Part shown: one piece after another, positions 44,476-53,773 of the stretch
Layout of the letters: each line of letters starts with the position of its first letter
Position numbering within the stretch: the first letter of the stretch is position 1
Assembly (NCBI GenBank): GCA_041749475.1
Contig: JBGTBD010000034.1
Location: forward strand, 11,214-75,213
Origin: Rickettsiales bacterium
GTDB lineage: Bacteria > Pseudomonadota > Alphaproteobacteria > Rickettsiales > UBA998
DNA: 64,000 bases
Reading direction: 5' to 3'
Translations under genes and position numbers: made by a program
Notes under the pieces: model-generated
What the model saw: only the letters and a program-made list of their open reading frames with translations
Databases searched by the model: none
What the model was told of the DNA's origin: nothing

Positions 44476-45315
44476 ATGAGCACCAACGTCGCCGCATTCT
44501 ATCATTTCTTCCCCCTGCCCGATTACACCGAGCGCAAAGCGCCATTGCTCGCCTTCATGGAAGCGCGCGGCATCAAGGGCAGTATCTTGCTAGCGGAGGA
44601 AGGATTTAACGGAACGGTCGCTGGCGCGGAAAAAGACATCGACGCGCTGATGGAGTATCTCGCAGCACTTCCCCAATCCGGCCCCTTCCACATCAAACGC
44701 AGCGAGTACGAACACCCGCCCTTCCAGAAGACCAAAGTGAAGCTGAAAAAAGAGATCGTCACCTCCGGCATGGGCGTCTCCCCCACTACGCATCCCACGG
44801 GCAAATACGTCTCGCCGCAAGATTGGAACGCACTGATTTCGCAAGACGATGTCATCCTTATCGACGCGCGTAACGCGTACGAGATGCACCTTGGAAAATT
44901 TAAGGATGCGGTAAATCCGGAAACCCGAAAATTCCGCCAGCTCCCGGACTACACCCTCGCCAACTTTCCGCCCGATAAAACCAAAAAAGTCGCCACCTAC
45001 TGCACCGGCGGCATCCGTTGCGAAAAATATTCCGCATGGTTGATGGAACAGGGATATGAAGAGGTCTACCACCTCGAAGGCGGTATCCTGAATTACCTCG
45101 CCGAGATACCGGAAGACAAAAGCCTCTGGGAAGGCAGCTGCTACGTGTTCGACGAACGCATCGGCGTCGGCCACGGCGTGCAGCCCACCCCCGGCCTCGA
45201 CTATTGCCGCTCCTGCGGCCACCCGCTATTGCCCAAAGACAAACACGACGCCACCCACCGCGAAGGCGAACACTGCCGCTTCTGCAACTCCCACCCGCCG
45301 AGTAATGCGGATTAA
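44476..45315 (+). CDS. trhO: Rhodanese-domain tRNA uridine(34) hydroxylase TrhO (YceA/UPF0176)
   Basis: AAFYHFFPL...EGFNGTVAG...YCTGGIRCEK...C-terminal Cys cluster CRSCGHP...CRFC. Confidence 0.9.
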   Translation: MSTNVAAFYHFFPLPDYTERKAPLLAFMEARGIKGSILLAEEGFNGTVAGAEKDIDALMEYLAALPQSGPFHIKRSEYEHPPFQKTKVKLKKEIVTSGMGVSPTTHPTGKYVSPQDWNALISQDDVILIDARNAYEMHLGKFKDAVNPETRKFRQLPDYTLANFPPDKTKKVATYCTGGIRCEKYSAWLMEQGYEEVYHLEGGILNYLAEIPEDKSLWEGSCYVFDERIGVGHGVQPTPGLDYCRSCGHPLLPKDKHDATHREGEHCRFCNSHPPSNAD

Positions 45316-45480
45316 GACGCTTCAAGGCCTCGGTTATAGCGCTTATCTTGTGAACGGATGTTAACGAATACCCAGTCAGTTAATCATTCATAATGATATG
45401 GAATTCTATATTTGGTCATCAAACTGTCATCTGGATCATTTAAGACTCCATCCCCGTCATTTAAAAAAAGGAAAAAGAAC

Positions 45481-46233
45481 ATGACCGAACATTTCGATTT
45501 CGATGCCCCTTTAGCTTTCCCTACCCGTCATGGCCCGCGCCTCGACACAACTTTAAAGAATGCCACTCTGTCAATTGTCCAAGGGTCAGGTAGCAATCCA
45601 TCCGTATATATATTGAAATTTGATAGCGCCCAGAGCCGCAATGATGCCAAGGTAGCTTTATGGGAACAATTCCCTGAAGATAAGAAACGCATCCATAAGA
45701 CTGGTAAGAACACAGAATACCATCTCTCCGTTCCTTACAGCATTGCCTATTATATACAGGACGAATTCGGCATCCAGGGAGATAGGGTTCCCACACCTGC
45801 AATCGTGACACCTGCTCCTACCCTTCCTCCTCAAAACACAATTATGTCCCCTACCGTCACCGCGATGCGCGCTCCGGTGAAAGTACCTGTCAAACCTGCA
45901 ATTTCATTAGGGGATGCTCTTCAAACGGCCCTGATGTATAAAGATACAGCTTTTCATGAATTCCATTGCTACTTTACCACGCGCGATGCCGCCGAAACTT
46001 TCCGTACCGCGTACAAAACTGCAATCAATGGCAAGGATTTCGGAACTCAGGAAATCCATCAGGATGAAGGTTTTTCCATGGTTCGTATCGCCTCTACGGC
46101 TGGCTTCACCGCATTGGATGGCATCACGGACAATAACTCAAAATACCGTGTCACCACAGATGAAAATACATTGCAGGATTGGTTGATGACCACTCCCGTT
46201 CCAGAGGTTGCAAAGGCAGTGCGGAGAGCCTAA
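45481..46233 (+). CDS. Hypothetical protein (ORFan, lower GC; two domains joined by a Pro-rich linker)
   Basis: AGGAAAAAG RBS region before the ATG at 45481. No recognisable motif. Confidence 0.5.
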   Translation: MTEHFDFDAPLAFPTRHGPRLDTTLKNATLSIVQGSGSNPSVYILKFDSAQSRNDAKVALWEQFPEDKKRIHKTGKNTEYHLSVPYSIAYYIQDEFGIQGDRVPTPAIVTPAPTLPPQNTIMSPTVTAMRAPVKVPVKPAISLGDALQTALMYKDTAFHEFHCYFTTRDAAETFRTAYKTAINGKDFGTQEIHQDEGFSMVRIASTAGFTALDGITDNNSKYRVTTDENTLQDWLMTTPVPEVAKAVRRA

Positions 46234-46242
46234 ATAATTCAT

Positions 46243-46425
46243 ATGCCCTGTCCCAACTGCCGCAAACCTGCCAAGGAAGCATTTTCCCCCTTCTGCTCCA
46301 AACGCTGTCAGGAGGTGGATCTCAGCCGCTGGTTCCGAGGCAGTTACGCCGTACCTGTCGTCGAGGCGGATGAGTTTTCGGAACTGGACGGTGAGGATGA
46401 AACCATCCCAGACCGTGACGCATGA
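46243..46425 (+). CDS. yacG: DNA gyrase inhibitor YacG (zinc finger)
   Basis: CPNCRKP...FSPFCSKRCQEVDLSRWF. Confidence 0.88.
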   Translation: MPCPNCRKPAKEAFSPFCSKRCQEVDLSRWFRGSYAVPVVEADEFSELDGEDETIPDRDA

Positions 46426-46622
46426 ACATGCAACGCATAATTATAGATATAAATCATCGCCTTGCCTCACGATTCCGGTGAATTGCATTGGGGTGACAGT
46501 AGCGTTTCGCCCTACATTTTATAAAAACGATGCCTAGACAGGCTCCCCATCATCCATTATAAGCTCCCCCTATTCATCGCTACGCAGATGAACCGACGCA
46601 TCCCACCCCGGTGGGACTGAGT

Positions 46623-46698
46623 GCCCAGATAGCTCAGTTGGTAGAGCAAGGGACTGAAAATCCCTGTGTCGCTGGTTCGATTCCGGCTCTGGGCACCA
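46623..46698 (+). tRNA. tRNA-Phe (GAA), CCA encoded
   Basis: Cloverleaf: acceptor GCCCAGA/TCTGGGC, D arm GCTC/GAGC, anticodon arm AGGGA-CTGAAAA-TCCCT, T arm GCTGG-TTCGATT-CCGGC, discriminator A, CCA. Confidence 0.97.
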
Positions 46699-46703
46699 TC
46701 TTC

Positions 46704-46790
46704 TTCTACAATGGCGGTAAATACTGGCGCATGAAGTATCGCCATGTGGATAAAGAAAAGCTGCTGGCCTTTGGTACTTATACTAGATAG
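46704..46790 (+). pseudogene. Relic of a P4-type tyrosine integrase (N-terminal arm-binding/DUF4102 fragment, 28 codons)
   Basis: FYNGGKYWRMKYRHVDKEKLLAFGTYTR* matches the G.K.W.[FL][KR]YR..GKEK.L.LG.YP signature of P4-family integrases. It begins 5 nt after the tRNA CCA. Confidence 0.6.
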
Positions 46791-46869
46791 CTTATAGATA
46801 GCTCTGAGGCGACTCTGTCGCAAAAAATATAAGACATGCATTTTTAAAGGTAATGAATGACCGCTTTAA

Positions 46870-47310
46870 AATCGCTTTCAACAACTCCCTTATGCGAATC
46901 CAAATATTATTTTTGAAGAGAAGTTGTTAGCTGCATCAAATGCACTGCAAAAAGCCTTTATAAAACTGGCAGACTTTTCCGCCTGCGAGCAATATTTATC
47001 TAACAAAACATTCATTTACTATGATCCTCCATATAGACCGCTAAATCACACCTCTCAATTTACCTCATATTCCAAAGGCGGGTTTAATGATGATGATCAA
47101 GTTAGATTGTCGGATTTTTATAAAAAACTACATGCCAAAGGCGTCTTACAGTTGTTGAGTAATTCTGACCCAAGCAACTATTCTGAAGACCTTTTTTTTG
47201 ATGAACTCTATAATCAGTTTCAAATTATGCGTGTTGATGCTAAGCGCATGATTAACTCCAATGCAGCGGGACGTGGTAATTTAAGAGAAATCCTAGTAAA
47301 GAATTATTGA
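46870..47310 (+). pseudogene. Truncated Dam-family (DpnM-like, alpha-class) N6-adenine DNA methyltransferase, C-terminal half only
   Basis: TFIYYDPPYRPLNHTSQFTSYSKGGF...LLSNSD...RMINSNAAGRG..REILVKNY aligns with Dam from motif IV (DPPY) to the C-terminus. The N-terminal SAM-binding FxGxG half is missing, with a stop at 46867-69. Confidence 0.65.
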
Positions 47311-47705
47311 TGCCAAAGCCATATAGACTCTATCATGGTGATTGTTTGGAAGTGCTGGCCACTATCCCAGAAGCAAGTGTAGACCTCATTTTTGCCGATC
47401 CACCCTACAATCTTTCAAATGATGGGTTCACCTGCAAAGGTGGAAAAATGGTATCTGTCAATAAAGGCGGTTGGGATAAGAGCCAAGGATTTGAGAAGGA
47501 CTACGAGTTTCATTTGGCTTGGCTTGAAGCGTGTACAGGATGGGACTATTTTGTTAATTGGTTGAAGGTGAATGAAGGCATTCGTAAGGTCGAGATAGAT
47601 TTAAATCTCTTAAATTATCTTGTCGGAAAAGAGGATATTGAACAGGAGGCAATTAAACTACTTCGGGAACATCCTAAGATAATGCAGACCCTACCGACAG
47701 GCTGA
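47307..47705 (+). pseudogene. Truncated/chimeric beta-class DNA methyltransferase (DpnA-like N-terminus) fused to an unrelated tail
   Basis: YHGDCLEVLATIPEASVDLIFADPPYNLSNDGF...GGKMVSVNKGGWDKSQGFEKDYEFHLAWLEAC is the N-terminal ~75 aa of an N6_N4_Mtase. The C-terminal catalytic/SAM part is absent. From memory, the tail WDYFVNWLKVNEGIRKVEIDLNLLNYLVGKEDIEQEAIKLLREHPKI looks like the N-terminus of a DpnII/MboI-family endonuclease. The ATGA overlaps the upstream fragment. Confidence 0.55.
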
Positions 47706-47830
47706 TGAAAGAGATTGATGAAACATGGAAACCATAGATGTCTTGCGGGGATACGTTGGGGAAGACATAGCAACCCCATAAAGTCATCTCATAGTATTCC
47801 AAATAGAGGCGGTCGCCGATTCACGGCCGA

Positions 47831-48199
47831 CTACACCATCAGATTAACCGAAATATCCTTATAATAATCCTTCAGCACGCTATTGAATGATTCATCCGCG
47901 AAGTCGGGCCAGTCGTTCTTGTCGAATCCCGGGGCACGCTTGAGGAATTCGGGGTCGGTGTTGAGGATATACTCGACATCGTGGCCCATTTTCTTGTGGG
48001 CGATGGCTTCGAAGGGGACGGCGAAGCGTTTATTGAGCCAGTCCGGCCCGTAGTCGCCGGGATAGGAAAGCACCACATACGCCACCGTCCCATGCATCTT
48101 GTGGATCATCACGTCGGTGATGGTTCCAAGATTTTCGCCTTCCCAGTTTTCAACATGGGTTCCGACGATATCCGATGCGGGAATAGTATAGTGGGACAT
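47831..48199 (-). CDS. PRC-barrel domain protein
   Basis: DIVGTHVENWEGENLGTITDVMIHKMHGTVAYVVLSYPG...RFAVPFEAI is a typical PRC barrel. Confidence 0.8.
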   Translation of the reverse strand: MSHYTIPASDIVGTHVENWEGENLGTITDVMIHKMHGTVAYVVLSYPGDYGPDWLNKRFAVPFEAIAHKKMGHDVEYILNTDPEFLKRAPGFDKNDWPDFADESFNSVLKDYYKDISVNLMV

Positions 48200-48294
48200 A
48201 AAAAACCTGCCAGTGGTGAGCTAACCGGAATCAGCATAAACAAGCTATGCTTACTTCCCCACTGAGCAAAAAATAACCGCGATTTCCCGCCACC

Positions 48295-51200
48295 TCACAC
48301 CGCCGGCGGCTTGCCCATCAGCAGCTCGATATTCCCTCCCACCGCCGCTGTATTGACGCTCATCACCCGCTCGGTCACGAAGCGCAGCAGGTAATGCGGC
48401 CCACCCGCTTTCGGCCCCGTGCCGGAAAGCCCCTCGCCCCCGAACGGCTGCACGCCGACCACCGCCCCGGTCATCCCCCGGTTGACATAATGGTTACCGG
48501 CGCGGATGGCCTCGGTGACCTCCCGGTGGAACGGAGCGATGCGGCTATGGATGCCGAACGTCAACCCAAACCCGGTAGAATTGATGTCCGCGATAACCGT
48601 CTGTATGTCGCGATACCGGATTACATGCAGGATGGGGCCGAACACCTCCCCCGGCAATTGCGTGAGGGAGCGAATCTCGAACGCATGGGGCGCGACGTAG
48701 CTATCATCCTCTAACGTCGCATCCAGCGGCGTCGCCGCAAACATGGTCACCTCACGCGTCATCCTTTCAATATGCTCCAGCAACGGCTCGCGCGCAGCCG
48801 CGTCAATCACCGGGCCGATATCCGTCGCCAGCGCCGCTGGGTCGCCCACGCGCAATTCCTGCATCGCCCCGGCGAGTAACGTCACAAACGCCTCGGCAAT
48901 ATCCTCGTGTACATACACCACACGCAATGCCGAGCAACGCTGCCCCGCACTCCCGAACGCAGAGTGAACAACGTCATCCACCGCCTGTTCCAGCAACACC
49001 GAGCTATCCAGCACCATGCAATTCTGACCACCCGTCTCGGCGATGAAGGGAAGGATAGCCCCCTCCCGCGCCGCCAATGCACGGTTAATATGCCGCGCCG
49101 TATCCGTCGACCCCGTGAACACCACCCCCGCCGTCAGCGGATGGGTGACCAGTGCCTGCCCGATGATCTCGCCTGATCCGCACAGTAATTGCACCGCCTC
49201 ACGCGGCACACCCGCCTCATGCAACAGCGCCACCGCGAAGGCGGCGATGCGCGGTGTTTGCTCCGCCGGTTTGGCGATGACGGCATTGCCCGTCACCAAT
49301 GCTGCACTCACCTGCCCCATGAAAATCGCCAGCGGAAAATTCCACGGCGAGATGGCAACCCATACGCCCCGCGCATGGAGCGATAATGTATTGCGCTCTC
49401 CCGTCGGCCCCTCAAGCACCGTTGGAACCGCTTGTAGACGCCGTGCCTGCGCCGCGTAGTAGCGGCAGAAATCTGCTGCTTCCCGCACCTCCGCCAGCGC
49501 ATCCGGCACAGTCTTTTTCGCTTCCGTTGTCAGCAACTGCATCGCCTCGCCGCGCTGCGCTTCCAACGCATCAGCCACCCTCTCAAGAATGCTCGCCCGC
49601 ACCTCGACACCCCGCGCACTCCACGCCGCACCCGCATCCGCCGCACGGCGTATCGCGCTGTCCACATCATCGGGATGTGCGTCAGCGACATCCCGCGATA
49701 CCACATCCACATTCATCTGCGCCTGCAACGCTTCGAGCATGAAACGATTCCCGAAATCGATACCGCTGGAATTCTTACGGTCTGAATAAAGTCCCACCGG
49801 AAGCACCACTCCTTCCGCACCATCCTGCTTCGCGACTTCCATCGGCGATTGCAACAGCACATCGAGCGGCAACTCCTTCTCCATCATCAGATGCACGAAG
49901 GAACTATTCGCCCCGTTCTCCAGCAAGCGGCGGATGAGATAGGCCAGCAAATCGCGATGCTCACCGATGGGCGCGTAGATGCGGCACGCATGGCGCTCCA
50001 CCACCGGCTCATATAACTTCTCTCCCATACCGAACAAGCGCTGGAATTCAAACTCCGCCGACCCCGCCATCTCGATGATCGCCGATATCGTCGCTGCATT
50101 ATGCGTCGCGAATTGCGGGAAGAAATGCGTGGCGTGCTTCAGCATTTTCTCTGCGCAGGCGAGGTAGGAAACATCCGAATGTTCCTTCACCGTGAACACC
50201 GGATAGGCGTCAAGCCCCGCCACCTGCGCCGCCTTCACCTCACTATCCCAATACGCGCCTTTGACGAGTCGGAGTGGCATCCGCTTCCCCGTGCGCGTCG
50301 CAAGCTCAATCAGCAGATCAAGCACATGGATCGCACGCTTCTGATAGGCCTGCAATACGAACCCGATACCGGGATAATCCGCGAACTCTGTATCCGTATA
50401 GAGTGCCGCGAACACCTCCAACTCAAGGTCCAGCCGCGTCGCCTCCTCCGCGTCGATGGCAACGCATATCCCCGCCTCACGCGCCGCGCGCACCAACTCT
50501 TTCAAGCGCGGCAGCAGCTCCGCCATCACGCGCTCTTTCTGCCGCCATTCATACCGCGGATGCAGCGCCGTCAATTTGATAGAAATCCCCGGCGCGGCAT
50601 AGATGCTTGTCTCATCCGTCCGGTCGCGTTTCCCGAGCGTGCGTATCGCATGGAGATAGGACTGGAAATACCGCTCCGCCTGCACCGCATCGCGTGCCCC
50701 TTCGCCGAGCATATCATAGGAAAAAAGATACCCTTTCGCGGAAAGCTTGTTGCCTTCCTGGAGTGCGGCCTCGATGGTCTCGCCGAGCACGAACTGCCCC
50801 GCCACCAACCGCATCGCCGCTTTCATCGCTTCGCGGATGACCGGCTCCCCGGCACGGCGGGCGAGCGAGCCGAGCACGCCGCGCACCCCCTCTTCCTCTT
50901 TCCCCCACTGCAGCACGCTACCCGTCATCAAGAGTCCCCAACTGGACGCATTGACAAATACCGATTCACTTTTCCCCAGATGCGATTCCCACTGTGTATC
51001 CGTGAAAGTAGAGGCGATCAGCCTGTCCGCCGTCTCCCGGTCGGGGATTCTGAGCAGCGCCTCCGCAAGGCACATCACCGCCACTCCTTCGCGGCTGGAA
51101 AGCCCATATTCCTGCAAGAAGGTCTCGACGCTGAACCCCAACCCCTCCTCGCGCAACCGCTCTACCATCCCCCGCGCCCGTACGCGGATGGCAGGCCACC

Positions 51201-51312
51201 GCGCCTCCACAGGCGCGGTCGTCTCCACCAGCGCGCGCACGCATTCTGCTTCCCGCGTCAGGACGGCTTGGCTGATACGGGCGAGAAGGGAAGTCAGGAC
51301 AGGCTCATGCAT
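48295..51312 (-). CDS. putA: Bifunctional proline dehydrogenase / L-glutamate gamma-semialdehyde dehydrogenase PutA
   Basis: PRODH TIM barrel (SIKLTALHPRYE, LVKGAYWD) plus an ALDH domain (FTGSTDTARHI, ETGGQNCMV, cysteine region). The start is uncertain: candidate Mets lie at 51312, 51321, 51336 and 51354, and the last one is inside the upstream terminator. Confidence 0.93.
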   Translation of the reverse strand: MHEPVLTSLLARISQAVLTREAECVRALVETTAPVEARWPAIRVRARGMVERLREEGLGFSVETFLQEYGLSSREGVAVMCLAEALLRIPDRETADRLIASTFTDTQWESHLGKSESVFVNASSWGLLMTGSVLQWGKEEEGVRGVLGSLARRAGEPVIREAMKAAMRLVAGQFVLGETIEAALQEGNKLSAKGYLFSYDMLGEGARDAVQAERYFQSYLHAIRTLGKRDRTDETSIYAAPGISIKLTALHPRYEWRQKERVMAELLPRLKELVRAAREAGICVAIDAEEATRLDLELEVFAALYTDTEFADYPGIGFVLQAYQKRAIHVLDLLIELATRTGKRMPLRLVKGAYWDSEVKAAQVAGLDAYPVFTVKEHSDVSYLACAEKMLKHATHFFPQFATHNAATISAIIEMAGSAEFEFQRLFGMGEKLYEPVVERHACRIYAPIGEHRDLLAYLIRRLLENGANSSFVHLMMEKELPLDVLLQSPMEVAKQDGAEGVVLPVGLYSDRKNSSGIDFGNRFMLEALQAQMNVDVVSRDVADAHPDDVDSAIRRAADAGAAWSARGVEVRASILERVADALEAQRGEAMQLLTTEAKKTVPDALAEVREAADFCRYYAAQARRLQAVPTVLEGPTGERNTLSLHARGVWVAISPWNFPLAIFMGQVSAALVTGNAVIAKPAEQTPRIAAFAVALLHEAGVPREAVQLLCGSGEIIGQALVTHPLTAGVVFTGSTDTARHINRALAAREGAILPFIAETGGQNCMVLDSSVLLEQAVDDVVHSAFGSAGQRCSALRVVYVHEDIAEAFVTLLAGAMQELRVGDPAALATDIGPVIDAAAREPLLEHIERMTREVTMFAATPLDATLEDDSYVAPHAFEIRSLTQLPGEVFGPILHVIRYRDIQTVIADINSTGFGLTFGIHSRIAPFHREVTEAIRAGNHYVNRGMTGAVVGVQPFGGEGLSGTGPKAGGPHYLLRFVTERVMSVNTAAVGGNIELLMGKPPAV

Positions 51313-51352
51313 ATCCCGCATACTATCACAAACCATCCCCACGATAACACCC

Positions 51353-51376
51353 ACAAAAAAGGGGGCCGAAGCCCCC
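51353..51376 (-). terminator. Rho-independent terminator of the first RTX gene
   Basis: GGGGGC-CGAA/TTCG-GCCCCC hairpin (51361-51376). On the minus strand it is followed by TTTTTT. Confidence 0.7.
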
Positions 51377-51401
51377 TCTTCCTGAGATATGCATTGCGTC
51401 G

Positions 51402-53552
51402 CTACAGGATGAAATCCGTCGCGTTCAGCGTGATGACCCCGTTCAGGTTTAGCATGATGTCCGCCGTGCGGTCGCCGTCCACGTCGATGGAGACGATGGT
51501 GTGCGCCACGCCCGGTCCGGTAGATTGATAGCCGTTCACTTCATTGCCCGCCCCTGTGAAGGGTGCGGCCATGCCCAGAAACGTTAAAGTCCCCGCGAAG
51601 CCTGAGAAATCCAGCTTATCCGTACCCGCTACGAAATCGGCGATAGTATCGCGCGCTACGTTACCAAGGGAGGTTGATTCGGCTGCATCGCTGAATGCGA
51701 ATATATCCGCCCCCGCGCCACCAAACATCGTATCGATGCCGAGCCCACCGGTAATAGTATCGCTCCCGGCGTCTCCGGTGATATAATCATCGCCTTCGCC
51801 ACCAGAGATATTGTCGTTATCGTTATTGCCATAGATGCTGTCGTTACCAAGGCCGCCGAACAATACGTCATTGCCGTTATGGCCGAGGATGTAATCCCCG
51901 TCGTCACCACCGTCCACGGTATCATGCCCGGTTCCGCCCTGAATAGAATCCGTCCCCGTGCCTCCGGTCAGGGAATCGTCCCCGCCGCTGCCGAAGATGC
52001 TATCGTTCCCCGCACCGCCATCGGCCGTGTCGTTGAATCCGCCCGCGTCGATGGTATCGTTGCCATTACCGCCGAGGATGCTGTCATACCCCGCGCCGCC
52101 GAGTAGCGTATCCGCCCCCTCGCCGCCGTCAAGCGTATCGTTGTCGTTACCGCCGTCGAGCGAATCGCGCCCCGTACCGCCGAAGAGGGCGTCGTTACCC
52201 GCTTCGCCGAACGCCGTGTCATTGCCGCCATTGCCGTAGATGGTGTCATTCCCTTCCAGACCATGGAATTCTTCCCACGCCGCCGTACCGGTCAAGCTAT
52301 TTGCGTTCTCGTCCCCGTTGATCGCAGGGCCGGAAAGATGGAACACCAGCACGTCGGAAAGCCCGTTGCTATCGGTGAACCCATGGTTAGTCGCCGTCGT
52401 TTCGAAGGTGACGGTGCGTCCGTCCTTGGAGAAGACGGGGTTATAGGAATTATCATTGAGGTTCGCACCGCTGATGCTTTGAGAGATGAGTTGCAATTCC
52501 CCCGTTACCAGATCGCGCATGTAAATGTCGGCTTTTGTGTTCGTATCGCCCGCGACCAATGCCGCAGCCGTACTGAACAACAGAAGGCTGCCATCTGCAG
52601 AGAGGCTATATCCGCTGGAAGTATTGGTCGCGACGGACGTGCCGGATGCATTTTTGCTCGCGACGTCCAGCACCCCCGTCGTCAGGTTCTTCACATAGAT
52701 GAACCCGTTGCCTGTATTCGTGAACGCCACCGAGTTTCCGTCCAGCGAGATGGTAGGGCGAGAGAATCCACCGCTTAATCCCACCGGGTGCACGGCCACA
52801 AGGGCGACTTCACCCGTCGTGAGATTTTTAACGTAAATATCGTTCACCGCGTCAATGTCTGCCGGGTCAAGATTGCGCGCGGTGGAATAGAACACGATTT
52901 TCGTGCCGTCCTCAGAGATGTAATTCATCGAAGGAAGATTGAAATTCTGAATAGCAGTCCCGAACAGGTAATTCTGTCCGTTCGCCTGTGTCCCTCCGGC
53001 GGTTGCGGAAAGTAACTGTACGCTGCCCGTAGCAATATCCTTGATAAATATGTCCCATAGATTGTTGGTATCGCCATCAACGAGATTATTCGCCTGGCTT
53101 GCGAAAATCACCTTGGAACCGTCCGGTGTGAATTGCCCGATGACGCTGTTATCAGTCGTACTCTGCACGCCCAGCGCGCTTTCGGTAACACGGGTAGTAA
53201 CGCCGGTGGCCAGTACGGTGACGAACAAATCGCCCCTCGCATTGGTATCGCCAGCGACAATGTTGTTCGCCGTGGAATAGAACATCACTTTCGTGCCATC
53301 CGCTGAAAGGACAGGAGTAACGGACGCGCCGTTCGGTATTCCACCTGCCGTGGAGATGTCCGCGCGCTGAACCGTATTGGCTTCGATGTCTTTTACATAA
53401 ATGTGATATCCGCTGACGCCGAATCCGTAATTGCCGTTGGAGGCGAACGCAATTTTCGTTCCCGCCGGATTGCTGATATCCGTCCCGCCCAGAAGGGTTA
53501 CCCCATCTAGCGTGGATGCGGCTTCGATACCCAATACATTTACAATACTCAT
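51402..53552 (-). CDS. T1SS-type RTX calcium-binding exoprotein with N-terminal PD40-like beta-propeller
   Basis: No Sec signal. There are 6-7 blade repeats (LSADGTKVMFYSTANNIVAGDTNARGDLFV, FTPDGSKVIFASQANNLVDGDTNNLWDIFIKD, ...). These are followed by ~20 GGxGxD nonapeptides (GGNGNDTIDAGGFNDTADGGAGNDSIFGSGGDDSLTGG...) and a C-terminal ~90 aa ending NATDFIL. Confidence 0.85.
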   Translation of the reverse strand: MSIVNVLGIEAASTLDGVTLLGGTDISNPAGTKIAFASNGNYGFGVSGYHIYVKDIEANTVQRADISTAGGIPNGASVTPVLSADGTKVMFYSTANNIVAGDTNARGDLFVTVLATGVTTRVTESALGVQSTTDNSVIGQFTPDGSKVIFASQANNLVDGDTNNLWDIFIKDIATGSVQLLSATAGGTQANGQNYLFGTAIQNFNLPSMNYISEDGTKIVFYSTARNLDPADIDAVNDIYVKNLTTGEVALVAVHPVGLSGGFSRPTISLDGNSVAFTNTGNGFIYVKNLTTGVLDVASKNASGTSVATNTSSGYSLSADGSLLLFSTAAALVAGDTNTKADIYMRDLVTGELQLISQSISGANLNDNSYNPVFSKDGRTVTFETTATNHGFTDSNGLSDVLVFHLSGPAINGDENANSLTGTAAWEEFHGLEGNDTIYGNGGNDTAFGEAGNDALFGGTGRDSLDGGNDNDTLDGGEGADTLLGGAGYDSILGGNGNDTIDAGGFNDTADGGAGNDSIFGSGGDDSLTGGTGTDSIQGGTGHDTVDGGDDGDYILGHNGNDVLFGGLGNDSIYGNNDNDNISGGEGDDYITGDAGSDTITGGLGIDTMFGGAGADIFAFSDAAESTSLGNVARDTIADFVAGTDKLDFSGFAGTLTFLGMAAPFTGAGNEVNGYQSTGPGVAHTIVSIDVDGDRTADIMLNLNGVITLNATDFIL

Positions 53553-53601
53553 ACAGTTCTACTCCTCATTTTTTTATTATTAATTGCATACACTATACGG
53601 C

Positions 53602-53624
53602 TAAATTAGCAAATTTTTAGTTAA
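53602..53624 (-). promoter_or_regulatory. Conserved 23-nt box upstream of RTX gene 1
   Basis: TAAATTAGCAAATTTTTAGTTAA is identical to 56161-56183 and lies ~50 nt upstream of the start codon. Confidence 0.5.
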
Positions 53625-53720
53625 TTTTCTTAACTATTTCATTAAAAAAACACTCGGCATTTGTGCTGTTTTTACCTCAAATAGTGTCTAGGGCATTTAT
53701 AACAAAAGTCCGTAGATAGT

Positions 53721-53747
53721 AAAAGAGGGAAAGCATCTGCCTTTCCC
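53721..53747 (-). terminator. Rho-independent terminator of the second RTX gene
   Basis: GGGAAAG (53727-33) pairs with CTTTCCC (53741-47). On the minus strand it is followed by TCTTTT. Confidence 0.55.
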
Positions 53748-53773
53748 CCTTCCTACGTAGTGTATATGATTCT

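Larger units (their letters stand above)
46699..47815. mobile_element. Decayed genomic islet integrated at the 3' end of tRNA-Phe
   Basis: GC drops abruptly (roughly 35-40 % by eye) starting right after the tRNA. The islet contains only gene fragments: an integrase relic and truncated methyltransferases. Confidence 0.65.

Noticed and set aside
46557-46841. 94-aa minus-strand ORF
   Set aside because: It overlaps the tRNA-Phe gene and the integrase relic. It has no coding character.
50101-51528. 475-aa plus-strand ORF antisense to putA
   Set aside because: It is Arg/Pro/His-rich and low in complexity. It runs across the intergenic terminator into the RTX gene. putA on the opposite strand is unambiguous.
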